DNA from: Tubiluchus corallicola
Lineage: Eukaryota > Animalia > Priapulida
NCBI GenBank assembly: GCA_030141605.1
Contig: JAQGDQ010002366.1
Span: 442,660-506,659 of the forward strand
Length of the DNA stretch: 64,000 nt
Direction: 5' to 3'
Shown: positions 36,594 through 49,904 of the stretch, piece by piece
Layout of the letters: the number at the start of each line of letters is the position of its first letter
Position numbering within the stretch: the stretch's first letter is position 1
Position numbers and translations under genes: made by a program
The notes under the pieces: generated by a model
The model's input: only the letters and a program-made list of their open reading frames with translations
The model's database searches: none
Told to the model about the DNA's origin: nothing

Positions 36594-39500
36594 ATGGCTT
36601 ACAAACCGCTGCTGCTATTAGTATTTTCTTGCTTCTTCGTATTTGGACAGACAACGCCACTTAAAGAACAGGAACAAAGTAAGATTTTTTATCTTTTGGA
36701 AAACTAATTTTTCCAGAACAACATAATCATGTCCTTCTGCATCAATAATTTACAGCATGTCCTATTGCAGTATTTACTATTTGGACCTAAATATTGCGCC
36801 TTACTCGGAAAACGTACCGTATAAAACGGAAGCACTGTGATAAGAGCGTGTAAATATAGAAGCTGTAAAGTAATTATGTTGTGCTAATTTAAAAGTGAAA
36901 TAATCTGAAGGTAAAGAACTCGTGCAAATAGAAGGTTTCGTGCAAATAGAAAGCTGTCATGCAGTTCTGAAAAAAACTAGAATTTTTTTTGCTCTATTCG
37001 CATATGGTTTATATTAAAGGACAAGAAAAGGGGTACCTTAAGTACGTTTCAGAAAAATCTCCTTGAAAGGATTTTTTGTGTGTTTTCATTTTAAATCTCC
37101 CGCCATACTGTTCCGACCGCGCCATTACATGATGTCATACACGCACAACGTAAATCAGGGGAAGAAAGATAAATGTTAAAGTATGTTCCAAAAAACTTTC
37201 CATGCAAAGTTATATTACTTAGCATTTCGCTTACCTGCTTGAAAGACTAAGGTAACTAGAGAAGAAAATTATTAATTATTTAAAATATTTTCACCAATTC
37301 GTAAAGTGTCATTGACTCTAGGATTCATCACTCAGTAACCAAAAAACGTATTTTTAATCTTATTGACAAGATATTGTAATTTAAAATCTTTCTCGGTTAG
37401 TGACGAGTGTGCTACGAATGCTTTTATTCTTTTTCAAACCTTACTCGGTGGTATCTAAACTTATTTCAAATGACCTATCGTCAAGATGGCTACATCTAAC
37501 GGTCATCGTGGGAGTTTAAATTTACAAGTTTTATAAAGTGTTGCTGCGGACGCAAGCCCTGTACGCAAAAAGATAGTATGTAAGTAGTACAAAATTTCAA
37601 GACGAACTTTTTAGGCTTCATGTAAGTGAAGGGTTTTCTTTTTCTTTAAGCCGAAGGTAATCTTCTACTGTGTTGTACAAAATCTAGAAATACAGAAGAG
37701 CTTTCCATTACAATTTTGTTCAAATATACACCACTTTCTCAAGTAAGAAAATTGCCAGTGTTTTGATCAAAAAAAGCTTTCCAATTGTTAATTGGACGCA
37801 TTTGTAGATTTGAGTGACATTTGGATAATTGAATAGAAATTCATCATACAACTCGACACGTTACCTGCCAGCTGAGTTCTTTATATATTAATATTTTAAA
37901 AAGATTATATCTTTATATTTTTAAAGATATTACCCTCGCAATAAAGGGTAAATAATCACTGTGCGGTTAACAAACTACGTAGGAATAGGTTAAAATGTAG
38001 CAACAGAATTCGTTTCCTGGCAAGTAAACCATCTCCTTTAATTGTTATATCCCAGAATGAGATGTCTAGTGCTTGGCTTTGTTGTTGTTGTTCTTGTGAA
38101 CAGTTTTGTTTTGAAGCGTGATGACGTCACATGATTGTTGCATTGTTTGTTCTGCTTTTGGTACTAGAATAGTTCACTTGAGCTTATTATAGGATCAGAA
38201 TAAAAACTGTTTTAATAAAATTGTTAGTTTAATAAAGAAGACGTCTCTTAAATAAGATGATGCTTACTATTATTCCGTTTTGAATGCTAGGGACTGTGTG
38301 CTATGAGATCATAGGCTGCTTTGAAACCGGAGGGATTTATCCCAACAGGAATCCTCAATCACCCGAGTATATCAGCACTGGATTTTGGTTGTACACGCGA
38401 TCAAACCGTAATTCATATCAGGTATTGAATTTAATTTTATTTAATTTTTTTTGTTTCATACACAAGACAATATACAGCAAAAGAGACAAAGTAGTAGTTA
38501 AGGAGAGAAACGGCGTGGAGAAAGGTTCTATTGTCACCGAGTGCCCACCCTTTAGAGCAAGGTAGCTTACTCATTGCTTTAAACCTTGTTGCTTGCGCTA
38601 ATAGTCTCATGACAGTGAAAACAAACTAGAATAGTGGAGAATAGTGCATCCAAATTATGAACAGGTGGAAGGACGGTGACTCTCCTAACGATGGAAGTGC
38701 CCATGTCTTCCAGATTAGGGCACTCGCTTTTGTGGACATGAGCTAAGAAAGCAAATAATTAGAGAGAGGAAAAAGCATCAAACGATTTAGAAAAGTGGGC
38801 TTGTAAGCATGATTTTGGGGCTCAATCTTTTTTTTCAAAAAATGATTCTTTTGATGGAATCAAATGTCGTGCTGTCGCTGACGCGTGTTTTGAAAATGTC
38901 TCTCAGGTGAAGACAGAGTGAATATTATGAAGTTTTGTTCTGGAATGAATGGCAGTGATACGGGAAGCTGAATATATATATATATAGCCCTCACAGATTT
39001 CTAATTCTTGCATAAACTTGAGTCATTGTGTTTTACGAGAGTTCTTGAACATGCGCTGTTATGAAAACACCCTGTCTCTGATAAACAACAAAGCGCTAGC
39101 TATAAACTGTGTTATTGTTGCAGAATTTGAAGTATGATGATGGGGGTAGCAGTATCTCTTCTTCGTACTGGAGCAGCTCTCGGTCAACAAAATTTCTCAC
39201 ACATGGCTGGAACAGTAAAGGAACTAACAGCTGGATACAGGTAAACCTACACCATCAGTTTTAAAAATTTTCAATTCTAAGATCAATATTGAATGGTATA
39301 AATCAACAATAAATTAAATTTTGACATCAAAGAAGAAATGTGAAAAAAAATGGAATAATGCCGAGATCTGAACCTTTTGCTTACAATGCGAACATTTTGG
39401 ATTTAGACAACTAGGCCACCTTATTCCCTATTTATCAATGCAAGTTCCGCCTTATAGATGGTCAACGAAACTCAGTATTTCCAATGTTAGATCTCTAGTC

Positions 39501-42500
39501 GGATTCTAAGTAATTAAATTAATTTTTTTATTTCGGTTAGTTGTGAGCTTGGAATTCTGTGTGTAATTAATTGACAATCTAGGACCAGTAGCTATGTACA
39601 GCGTTTGCTTGCTGCTGCAGTTGATACTTGTAAGTTTGTTGTAAGTTAGTTAGCGCTTGTCAAGTTTTCAAGAAAACTTCTTCTAAACATTTCCTTTATA
39701 GCTAACAATGCATGGTAGTCGGCTGCACATTGCCCAGTCAATTCTGCTGGCTAACAAGAGCTATCTGATTGAATACTATTCTTTAGGGTTTTACCCTTCT
39801 GATGCGCAACCTATTGGTTATTCGCTGAGTGAATACAATGATTTCCCTTTGATGTGTGCTTATTTTAACATATACCGTCCCTAATTTTTATCTTTTGATC
39901 CACTTTATATTGAGATAATTTCTACTTTCTGATTGTCCACACATCTGCTGTGCACAACAGAGTTTATAAAAAGACAGTATTTTCTAGGAAACATTCCAAC
40001 TGGTCAAGCCCCTAACTGTTGGAAAAGCCGACTGGTCAAGCCGATAAGAATCCTCCCAATGCTTGAACACCAGCTAGTCTTTTTAATGTAGGAGGATGGG
40101 AAAATTCCTAATCGGTGTTCCTGTTTGCACGCGAAAATGTATCAATACTTGTAAACTTTTTACTATGTTTGTACTTTCCTTAGTTAAGCACTAAGAGTAG
40201 ATTATTTTGGAAACTTGTTGCTACTCCATATCAACTGGCTCCATCTGGAATTTTTTATTGTTATCTTTTGCTTTGTGATTATTTCAGTGGGTCAATAAGA
40301 CGTTTGTTAGTCTTGTTTACCCACGAGATGAAATGAGAGGTACGATGACAATGACGATGAAGAGTGATTGTGATGACGACATGATAGTGATCATACTGGC
40401 GATAATAACGACGATGATGATTATGTCGATGACATAAATAGCCGTTACATTACTGCTATGAAAACCACGGCACTAACGTTCTAAATGTTAACTGTATAGG
40501 ATATGAAGAACGCCATACTAGACAAGGGCAATTATAACGTAATTATTGTCGACTGGGAGAAAGGTGCAAATTCCATTTTAGGACTGGATTATCCTCAAGC
40601 TGTTGCCAATACTAGAGTTGTAGGAGCCGAAATAGCTGAAGTCATAAAACTCCTTATGGTAAGCGGACGTTGGTAACTTAGGGTAATTTAATGATAAATT
40701 TTAGGTTTATATCCTGTAAGTATGTAATCATTATATTCAACAGGTAGTTCTTTTAACTTAAAAATAAAAATACCTGAGTACAGTTGTAAGTGTGACGTCG
40801 TGAATTTTCTCTGTAAGACTGTGAATTTCCACATTCATCCCTCATGAGAAATTTAAGAGGAAATGTACATACGAAAAGCATTAAATTATAAACAAAACTG
40901 CAAGTCAAACCGCGGCGCATCATTTGTCGATTACACGTATAATCAGAAAAAATAGGTATGTGTAGAATCTCTATTCTAATATGTATAGAGCATCATTAAC
41001 GACAAAATACCATTGGGTGTCAAACTTTAGGTTAGACATTGCTAACAATCATATCATGTTTTAAGAACTGACGAAAAACTTTGTACAATCCAAAAATAAG
41101 TTGTGTTAATTTTGGCGTGCAATTTTGAAAAGTGACCCATTTGTAACCCCGTAATTGAGCTAATGGACTCCCGTAAGGATCCTTTATTTGATATAAAGGG
41201 CCCTTGTTTGAGATCCTTCACTTGAGATAAGAGGCCCATGTGTGAAGCTCTTTATTTGAGCTATTCTAGTTTATTTAAAGAATTTAGAATAAGTTTATTT
41301 CAAGCTATGTAAACGTCGCTAGAATATCAGGAGTAAAAATATTCAAGACGGCGAGGGCGAGTGCACCGTGTGAAGGGCCAAAAATATCATTAGAGTAGGG
41401 CACCAAAAGGTCAAAATCCGGCGCTGGTTAAGAGTTATTGTTGTTAATAATATTATTATTATTGTTGTTGTTGTTGTTGTTGTTACTGAGAAATTTACGA
41501 GAATTTTTGGAATGATAATTATTGGTTTAAATATTTCAATGAACGATACACTGCAATAATCTTTATAGGTTTCTTTGATTGAGATTTTTAGTTTGTTTTT
41601 TAATTCAGTTACAGAACATACATTCTTATATTTGGCCTGCAAGGATGGTTTGTGTGACACATGTTACAAAACTATGAAATAAGATAGTCTCACATAAATT
41701 ATGTGAAAAAAACAAACGTAAAAATGTAAATTCAGTGGTAGACCTTAGAAACAAACTTTCTTTGCTTCGGGTACACCAGCCTATTAAAATTGTCTTAATT
41801 AAACACGATTTTTTATACGGAATTTTTCAAAAAAGTATATTATAGTCATTATTTCTATTGCGTTGCTTGCATTTTGCGCTCACAGTTGCTTGAAATATTT
41901 CCATATGAGCTTTCTTTATTCTTATACTTTATTTCTGTTCAACAATATATTAGTATGGTTTCTATTTCTGCAATATGCCTCTGTTTCCTTGTAGAATTCA
42001 TTTGGTGCTAACCCTGCAGATTTTCACGTAATTGGACACAGTCTAGGTGGACACGTTGCTGGGTATGCTGGTGAAAGAATTACTAACATGGGCCGTATAA
42101 CAGGTGTAAAAGTAGCAGTTACTTATAATTAATGTACTAGACTAATTATTGTAATAGGCTTACGAAGATAAAATTTACACGATGTCAAACGAACAACTTG
42201 AAGGCGTACGATAAGGTCTGGTAATAAAGTTTAGTTATGTACATCTATAAAACAAAATTCTACTGTAACTTCTTACAAACAGTGAATGATTGCGCCTAAT
42301 TGTAAATCAGAAGGCGAGTATTTCCCTTATTGAGTTTTTTCTACCCATCTGCCTGCATATGTCATATAAAATGGCATTTGCTGTTGTTATGATTTCGCTT
42401 CTTTATGAATACCCCGCTTGTCATTGCTATGAATGTGTTTTATTGTAAAGATTTAAGGCACAAAAAATTACTGTGACGTCACAGCATAAAAATTGGCAAA

Positions 42501-45500
42501 ATGGGTGAAAACGTATCACATGAACAACTTAAACGGGAATGAGAACAGCATTACGACGAAATAGACGGCTTTATACAGCTACTTCGTAAACGAGTAGCCC
42601 AATAAATCGTTTTTGCCTAACGACATGTTTTGTGTTTTGTAAATAGGAATGGATCCAGCCGGCCCGTCCTTTGAAGGCAACAACCCGTTAGCCAGATTAG
42701 ATCCTACAGATGCTAGATTTGTGGATGTTTTACACACTGACAGCCATATAACACTCGGTAACGTATGTTTGGTGGGAGCATCACTTTCCTTGCAGTGAAA
42801 TTCTGCACTGCGTTTTAATCATACGCTTTTGTATGACAGTAGATTTCTCTTGTCCGTGCAGGTCTATTATTTGGTAAAGTGCTTCTTTAGATGTACGATT
42901 ACTTAGTTAAATAAATAATTAATTAATATTTGTGGGTTTCCCGATTTTTTAAGAAATTATACAGTAATTGGCTGACAATGTAGTCCTGTATTTTAGGTAC
43001 TGGTATTAACCAGCCTGTAGGTCACGTTGATTTTTATCCTAACGGAGGCACCAATCAACCTGGGTGTGGTCTTAGTGACAATGCTGAGCAGTTTTACGCT
43101 GGTGACTACACAAATGGCGACGTTGAACGAGGAGGTATACATTTTTGAATATCTTACATTTTCTCCACTGTTCTTTATTTCTTTCTATCATCGCTCCAAT
43201 TTTCCATATTCATGCTTAATTCTCTCAATTCGTTTCTTCAAATTTCTCTTTCTCTCAGTCGTCTAAAGCACCTTTAAAGTAGCTTCGAAAATATCTTCTA
43301 GTGACACGTCTTGCACTCACATTTCGAAAGACAAAGAAAGAGAAGTATCAATAATTTTAGGTAGTATTTTTATGTTTATTTTTATTATAATATAATGTTT
43401 TTTTTGTTTGTAGTTTGTAGCCATAGTCGCGCATATCAGTTCTTCACGGACAGCATTCGTTCATCGCATTCTTATCGTGCGTACAAGTGCAATCACTACG
43501 ACACGTTTAGTGCAGGATTGTGTATCAAGTGTGGAACTGACGCTTGCGCATCCATGGGATGGAACGCTGACCAATACAATGCCGGAAATAATGAAAACCT
43601 CTTGTTTTACCTGCACACTGATGCTAGCGAACCATATGGAAGTAAGTATTGCCATCCGTAACAAATACGAGAAGCATGACTATGAGTCATGCAAACAGAA
43701 AACCAGTCACCTATACAAGGCGCTTTCTATAATTCCCAATGAAAGTAAAAGACCTCAAAATCAGTGATTGTCTGCAGGCACAAAGTACGAGCAGACGACG
43801 TATGAAGCATACACTAACTGACTCACTAAGTGGCTAACTGACTGAACGACTAACAGACTGAATGAGTAGCTTGCCGGTAGGTTGGCTGGCGACAAACCAA
43901 CAATACCAATCAATGGACCAACCGACCAATCAAACAACAAACGAACCAACTAATCTGAACAAGATAAATAGCCGTAACCAGCCAATACATTTCTCAGAGT
44001 GTCACCAATTTATTTACTATCCAACCTGAGCGTTGCTTAACTTACTTTTCTAAGCAATCACAAATCTTAAGTATTCACTGAAGTATTCAACTTTCAATGA
44101 GAGATTTTATTTAAAAAAAACTATTTTTTCTCTGCGCGAGGTCTGCCGGGCACTGATTGGCAGTAAGGAATGCCAAAGAAACACATTCGTCCACGCAGTG
44201 TCATGAGAACATTCCAAGAGAGCAGTGATTTATTTACAATGCTCGCCTCTCCACTGCCCATGCAGAATACTTAAGCTTGTAGAAACCTTGCTATCTTTCT
44301 CCCACACAGTTCAAAATAAAAATTATACACAAGCGTTTTTTCGTTGCTTGCAGAATGGCATCAACAAGCGTCAGTGAGATTCTCCAGTGGCAGCTCCAGT
44401 GCCAGTGGCTATTTCAATATCATCTTTATCGGATCAGGAGGCTCGTCGTCACAAACCAGGATGGGAAAGTACGTAGCAACCCTATTTTCTGATTTTACCA
44501 GTTATTTTATTTTCAAATTCTAGTGTCGGAAACTAAGTGAATTAAATTTCTGAAGTTTTATTAGTGTGAAAGGAGTGAGAGATTAGACTAAACTTAAATT
44601 TCCTAAAATTTTGCCATGAATTTAAAAACTTAAACTTTATTTCGAGACCAAATATACATTTCGGCTAGGTATGATTAATGCTGCTTTCTACATTGTTGTA
44701 TTGTGTACCTGGGAGAAAAACAAACAAAAAGTGATTTAAAAATGCGCATAATTGTTACAATTCACATTTACATGATGATAGTGTTACGAAGACGGGTTTT
44801 GACTAACCCCATAATGTTAGTAATGGGAATAGTAGAGAAGCCCAGTAATGCAAATGTACCTGTATAAAACAGAATGCATGCCGTGATTTGACGATTCCAA
44901 TCTGGCCTTTCTGTCTGTAAGGGTGAATGCTGTAGGTTTGCTGATTTTTATACCAAAGTCTGTTCACATGTCATTCTTTTGGAGTTACCGGTTGTGCAAT
45001 ATAGTTTAATTTACACTCGCATTCCGGATCTTTTTACTTTTCTCGTCTGCTGTAGTACTTTATAACTTGTATGCCGCTCTATACATTCTGAGGAGACGGA
45101 TCCGTTACAATAATAACAATGCACAGGTGATAATCAACAATTAGTACTTGTAGTATTAGTACATTAGTAAATCAAAGACGTTACAAAGTCTAATACGTTA
45201 CATATCATAAACGGCCTAACTACGTTTTAGCATTACATATTAGTACATGATAGCTGTATTTATGAAACGCTGTATTTATGAAACAACTAGATTTTACATG
45301 CTGTTCAATAAATGTTTTATAACATCATACGATAAAGAAGCATTTCGTGCCTTATAATCTGAGGTTATAGATTATCCTCAATAAGGAGCTTCGGAATTAA
45401 AATAGCATCGAGCTAGAGCCACAGTCCAGACTCAATACAATACTGATAGCCCAAGAGTTTGGCGAACATGATGAGCAGCCTTACTAGAATAAATATCTGT

Positions 45501-46944
45501 GTGGTCCACTGCGATGCATTTAAGCGAGAAGGCAAATAATGCAGCCTGAAAAATATTCTTTAACGAAACTAGTTGCGTGTTAACTCATTGGCGTGCTGGT
45601 CTCAGCATCTAGTATCTGATTCTGTTACGCCCACAGCAATGGTAATGTTGAAAAAAAGAATTGACGAGTAAGTTAACTCAAAAGATCCACGAACTTTTTT
45701 AGCGTTTCTTGGTTTAGCCTAGAAAAGTGATAGGTATATAAAGTAAAATTGCATAAACGTATGGATAAATCTTGAAAGGCAGTTATAATTTTTTGAGTAT
45801 GTAATATTAATTAACGTGTTATCAGTGATATGACCTGGAGTGCCGGGCAAACTTACACTATGATAGGAAGCCATCCAGAAAATGTGGGAAGTTTGAGTCA
45901 ACTAAGCCTCAGCTGGCAAGCGAACTATGATTTGTGGAAACCATGGGAATGGCCAATCTTCTATAATCCAAAAATTCTTCTCGACAGGGTTACCATAACA
46001 ACTGGTGAAACACAGCTTACGTAAGTGTCAAATGTAGTAACAATTAATGAATGTATCTAAAATTAATTCTAGGAAGCTTGATCAATTGCCAGTGCAATTC
46101 AGACTGGTTGGAAAGCATTAAAATATTACTGACATTTTATACTCTACGAAAACCATGCCGTTGCTTCATGAGGGAAACGTTAGTAGTCAACAAGAACTAG
46201 TTTTGGCCTTTATTTTCGCTCTAAATTAAATTTAACAAAGTAAACTTTGTCATATGGCCAGAAATACTGTAGGGAAAGTTTGTAGGGACTAAGGAGAGTT
46301 ATTGGTCAACTAAACCAAGCTGATCTTCCTTTCCGTATGGCTGCTGCCGCGTCTGCAAAAAGGAGACCGCCTCAACGACCTCTTTTCCATAAATTATACG
46401 CTGATAATAGCGATGATGATGATGATAGTGGCAACAGTTTTGGCAAGCTGTAGCGATAATAGTATTGACAATATCATTACAATTACGAAGATCACATCAG
46501 TGGTGACTAGAGCGCCACTCTAGAATTTAGATCAGGTTTTATGAAAGTTCACATGAGTGAAAGAGCTCTATTAAATTTGAGAAAGTTATTGTACCTCATA
46601 TTAGCACTACAATTGTGTAACTTCCTATTTTGGTCGAAAGCACACCATGTACCAAAACAACATTATACATTTTTTTATTAAGGGTGAGCATTGAATGTTC
46701 GGGTTCGAACATTCGAATCGAATTCGAAAGTCACAAATTAGATTCGATTTCGCTTTCTGGTAGAGAATGCTCTCCCCTAGTGTTTGTACAAATAAAATTA
46801 TGTATAACTTAGAGGTGACAGCCTTCATATAAAATATTTAAGTTTTGTTGTATTGTTCTATTTTTTATTTCTAACAGAGTCGATTTCTGTAGTCCCGGTG
46901 GTGATCTGCAATCTGGTAACTGGTATACGTTCAGCAGGTGTTAA
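36594..46944 (+). CDS. Secreted pancreatic-lipase-related protein (alpha/beta-hydrolase lipase + PLAT domain), about 484 aa, 11 coding exons
   Basis: Exons 36594-36678 (signal peptide [18 protein letters not shown]), 38291-38421, 39124-39240, 40500-40658, 41995-42103, 42647-42757, 42997-43134, 43414-43641, 44354-44468, 45826-46020, 46878-46944; all GT-AG and phase-consistent. Motifs: [22 protein letters not shown], catalytic [42 protein letters not shown] and CSHSRA. Confidence 0.92.
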
Positions 46945-47037
46945 AGTGGTACACGTGCAACAGGCGTTAGACTAGTACACGTTCAACTGGTGCTAGACTG
47001 GTACATGTTTAACAGGTGTTGGACTGGTACACGTTTG
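46918..47037 (+). repeat. 26-bp minisatellite (about 4.6 units) starting inside the lipase last codons
   Basis: Units aactggtatacgttcagcaggtgtta / aagtggtacacgtgcaacaggcgtta / gactagtacacgttcaactggtgcta / gactggtacatgtttaacaggtgttg / gactggtacacgtttg. Confidence 0.85.
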
Positions 47038-47965
47038 CGATAAGGACTATAAAAATTATTCAAATGGTTATGGTAAACTTCATTCTCCTACTTCGAAATT
47101 AGAGCTACTTTTAACCGCAAAAATAAACATAAATTTTAATCGACATTTTTAAAAGATTTATTTTTTATTTATTTTTGTTTATTTTCAAATTGTTGCATGT
47201 GTGCTGTTCTGTGATTCACTGAAATGAAATAAAACGAGTAATCAAATAGACGTCCAGAAATTTTGATTGTTTTGATACGTCAACTGGCAGGTACAGCTCG
47301 TAGTCAGGCGTCAAAATAGAAAACTTGCTTACCTTTCAGTATTACAAATATCTCTATTTTTAATTTAAAAAAAAGTTTGTTGACAATAATTTGTTACGGT
47401 CATGATCGTATTTATTTAGGAATTTAAAGTCGAATAACAAGTATGGATTCTAACAAAGCCCAAAAAAAATGTTGGAGCCGGCGGAGCATATGTATTAAAA
47501 TAATGGTGATGTTGTCAGTGGTAAAATTAATCTGTTTGCAGCTAGATAAGAACAAGAGAGCAAAAGAGAGGCTTCCTTGGTCGACTGACTGGCTCTACTT
47601 TTGACAGCGAGGTGACGTGTCTCATTTAGAGGGCAGTAAAATGTGCTGAGGTTGTTGGGATCACCACCATCTCGACGCAGTCGAAATTAGACTGAATTTT
47701 TCTGTCTTCAACTATCCATTTCATTACACAGTTGCAGACAAACTTGGCATCTGTAACAAGAGAGGTTTTAAACGAAGTAATGAGTTGGAAGGAATAAAGA
47801 TATTAAATTGAGAAGCAGGATCACTACTCCACACTAACTATACAGACAGACACGAAAATCCCGTATGTCACTAGCCAGCAGGTCAGAAACTGAACATTTT
47901 GCTAAATATCGTAATCTAGCTGAAAGCGTTCAGTTTTAAGTACTGTGTTTCTTATCGTAAAAACA

Positions 47966-49360
47966 TGTCAAAAACGTGAAAACTGTAAAAACTAGTTCTC
48001 GTTAATATCACGTTCTTATTTTAAATGCCTAATGTTTCCGTTAATCTTGATCGTATAGTGTAAGGTGACTTAAATCTATATATCGTATAGATTTATAGAT
48101 TGAATTTAATATGTCCGCTTAATTTCTAATTGCTATAAGGCGAATTCTTCACCTGGCTCCGAGGGCTTTAGATATTAGTCTAGCAAGCAATGATCGTCTT
48201 ATCTAAACTTCACCTTGACCTTCGCGTTGTGAGAAAAGGTCTATTTCCCTCAAGTTTCCTAGCGACGCTCCCGCAATATGAGCGCTAGTTAATTCAAAGC
48301 GAACTAATCATATTCGTATATCGGAAATAGTGTTGCTTGAGTTAAACACTCTAATATCATACATTAACTCAATCGTTAAATGTCAAAGAGAATTACTTTA
48401 TTGATTTACAATAATTACTGCTTCTAGATAGCTTACAAGATTAGTTCTTATGCGCTTTTGACGCGTACAACTAGTTTATAGCTTCCAAAAGTATCTCTCT
48501 GAACAATTCTTCAATTCTATCACCTAAGGTGTACTCTACACTTATCCTATAGTACAATGTGAACTTATACGAACTACAGATATGCACAGTTAATTCTCAG
48601 TTTACCAATGTGTTAAGATTACTTAACTCTGCGGATTTGACCACAATGTACCCAGTACAATTTGGCCAACTCCAATAGTTGATATGAGACTCTCGTTGTC
48701 CAGTGCCTAGATTATCCTAGGAACGCAGAAAGATGTCTACGCTGAACTTCTCAACTTGTCCCAATCTCCTCTGTCAAGTAGCCCTCCTGTGTGATTTGTC
48801 ACACACACACACGTGTCTCTTCCAGTACGATCGGGTGGAACGAGCCCTGGGTTATTCGAACTCATGGCTTATATCTCATCGAAGTAACCTCGTAATAACC
48901 TTGCATGATTTCAACGTCGCACGCAACATTTAAATTTATTGGACAGCTGGGAGGACATAGTCATTGTAACCCGTAAAACTCATCAGTCCTCTTTTCTTCA
49001 AGAAACAGTGACCTCGCAGAGTTTTCGTTAATTACTAGTAACTTGTGCATATAGCTTATAATAAACGGTACATCCGTCTCAACCTAATATTAGCTAATTA
49101 TCCTGAGCATCCTAGAGTGTCCTTACGTAAACGATAAATTTTACTTCTTGCATCCTACGCTGTCACAGCTCATTAAATTCGAGCTTACCAGCTGAATGAG
49201 TTCCATTGCACCATTTGTAACTCTATTCATGAAATCAGGGAGGCATGCGATTTCATACCAAAATATCGAAAATCATCGATTTATAAATTTATTCACCACA
49301 TTAACAAATGCGTGGTTTGTATGATATCTCCCACTTCCTATTTTCTGACAATAAATGACA
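47966..49360 (-). mobile_element. Possible solo LTR
   Basis: About 1.4 kb of non-coding, CpG-richer sequence bounded by TGTCA...TGACA, with an imperfect 5-bp flank (aaaca/aaact) and a minus-strand AATAAA near 48400. Boundaries are uncertain. Confidence 0.25.
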
Positions 49361-49904
49361 AAACTTATAAATACTCACTGACGTATGCTGTAGCATGCGG
49401 CCGATGATTACAGTTACAAGTAACAAGTTTACCACAAATTATCCATACACTCAAAAACATTATTATTTAACTGAAATTCAATTGAAATAACTCCCTGATA
49501 TTCGCTTGAAACGTGCGCATATCTGAATCTGGCTTAGCGCGGGGAGGGGGGTAATTTGTGAAGATTTATCGTTACTAAATAAATTAAAATATATAGTTTA
49601 AAATGTGACTAATTTCGAAATAAACTCCTTGCTTCTGGTTGTGCAGTGTTTTAGCAACTTTAAAAAATAAAAACGAATGTTAGTACTAGTTGACAATGTT
49701 TCTGACGTGGCCAGAAACTGAAGATTTTGCAACTATTGTTATAAATTTGAGCCTTAAAAGTGAAGAAATGACAGTTTTTCTTGAAACAGTTTATTTTCTT
49801 TTATTGAATTCACCTTGCTTGAATACATGGGAAGTGCATTTCACAATGAAACCTCAGCCCATCAACCACGAGTCTAAAGCCAACTAATCTCGGCAAAACT
49901 CTTA

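Noticed and set aside
40340-40435. Asp-rich (GAT/GAC)n stretch as a coding exon
   Set aside because: A degenerate trinucleotide microsatellite in a lipase intron; the flanking exons join in phase without it.
46680-46780. TTCGAA cluster as a heat-shock element
   Set aside because: The spacing does not give three alternating nGAAn units. It sits between short inverted ends (agggtgagcatt/aatgctctcccct), so it is more likely a MITE remnant.
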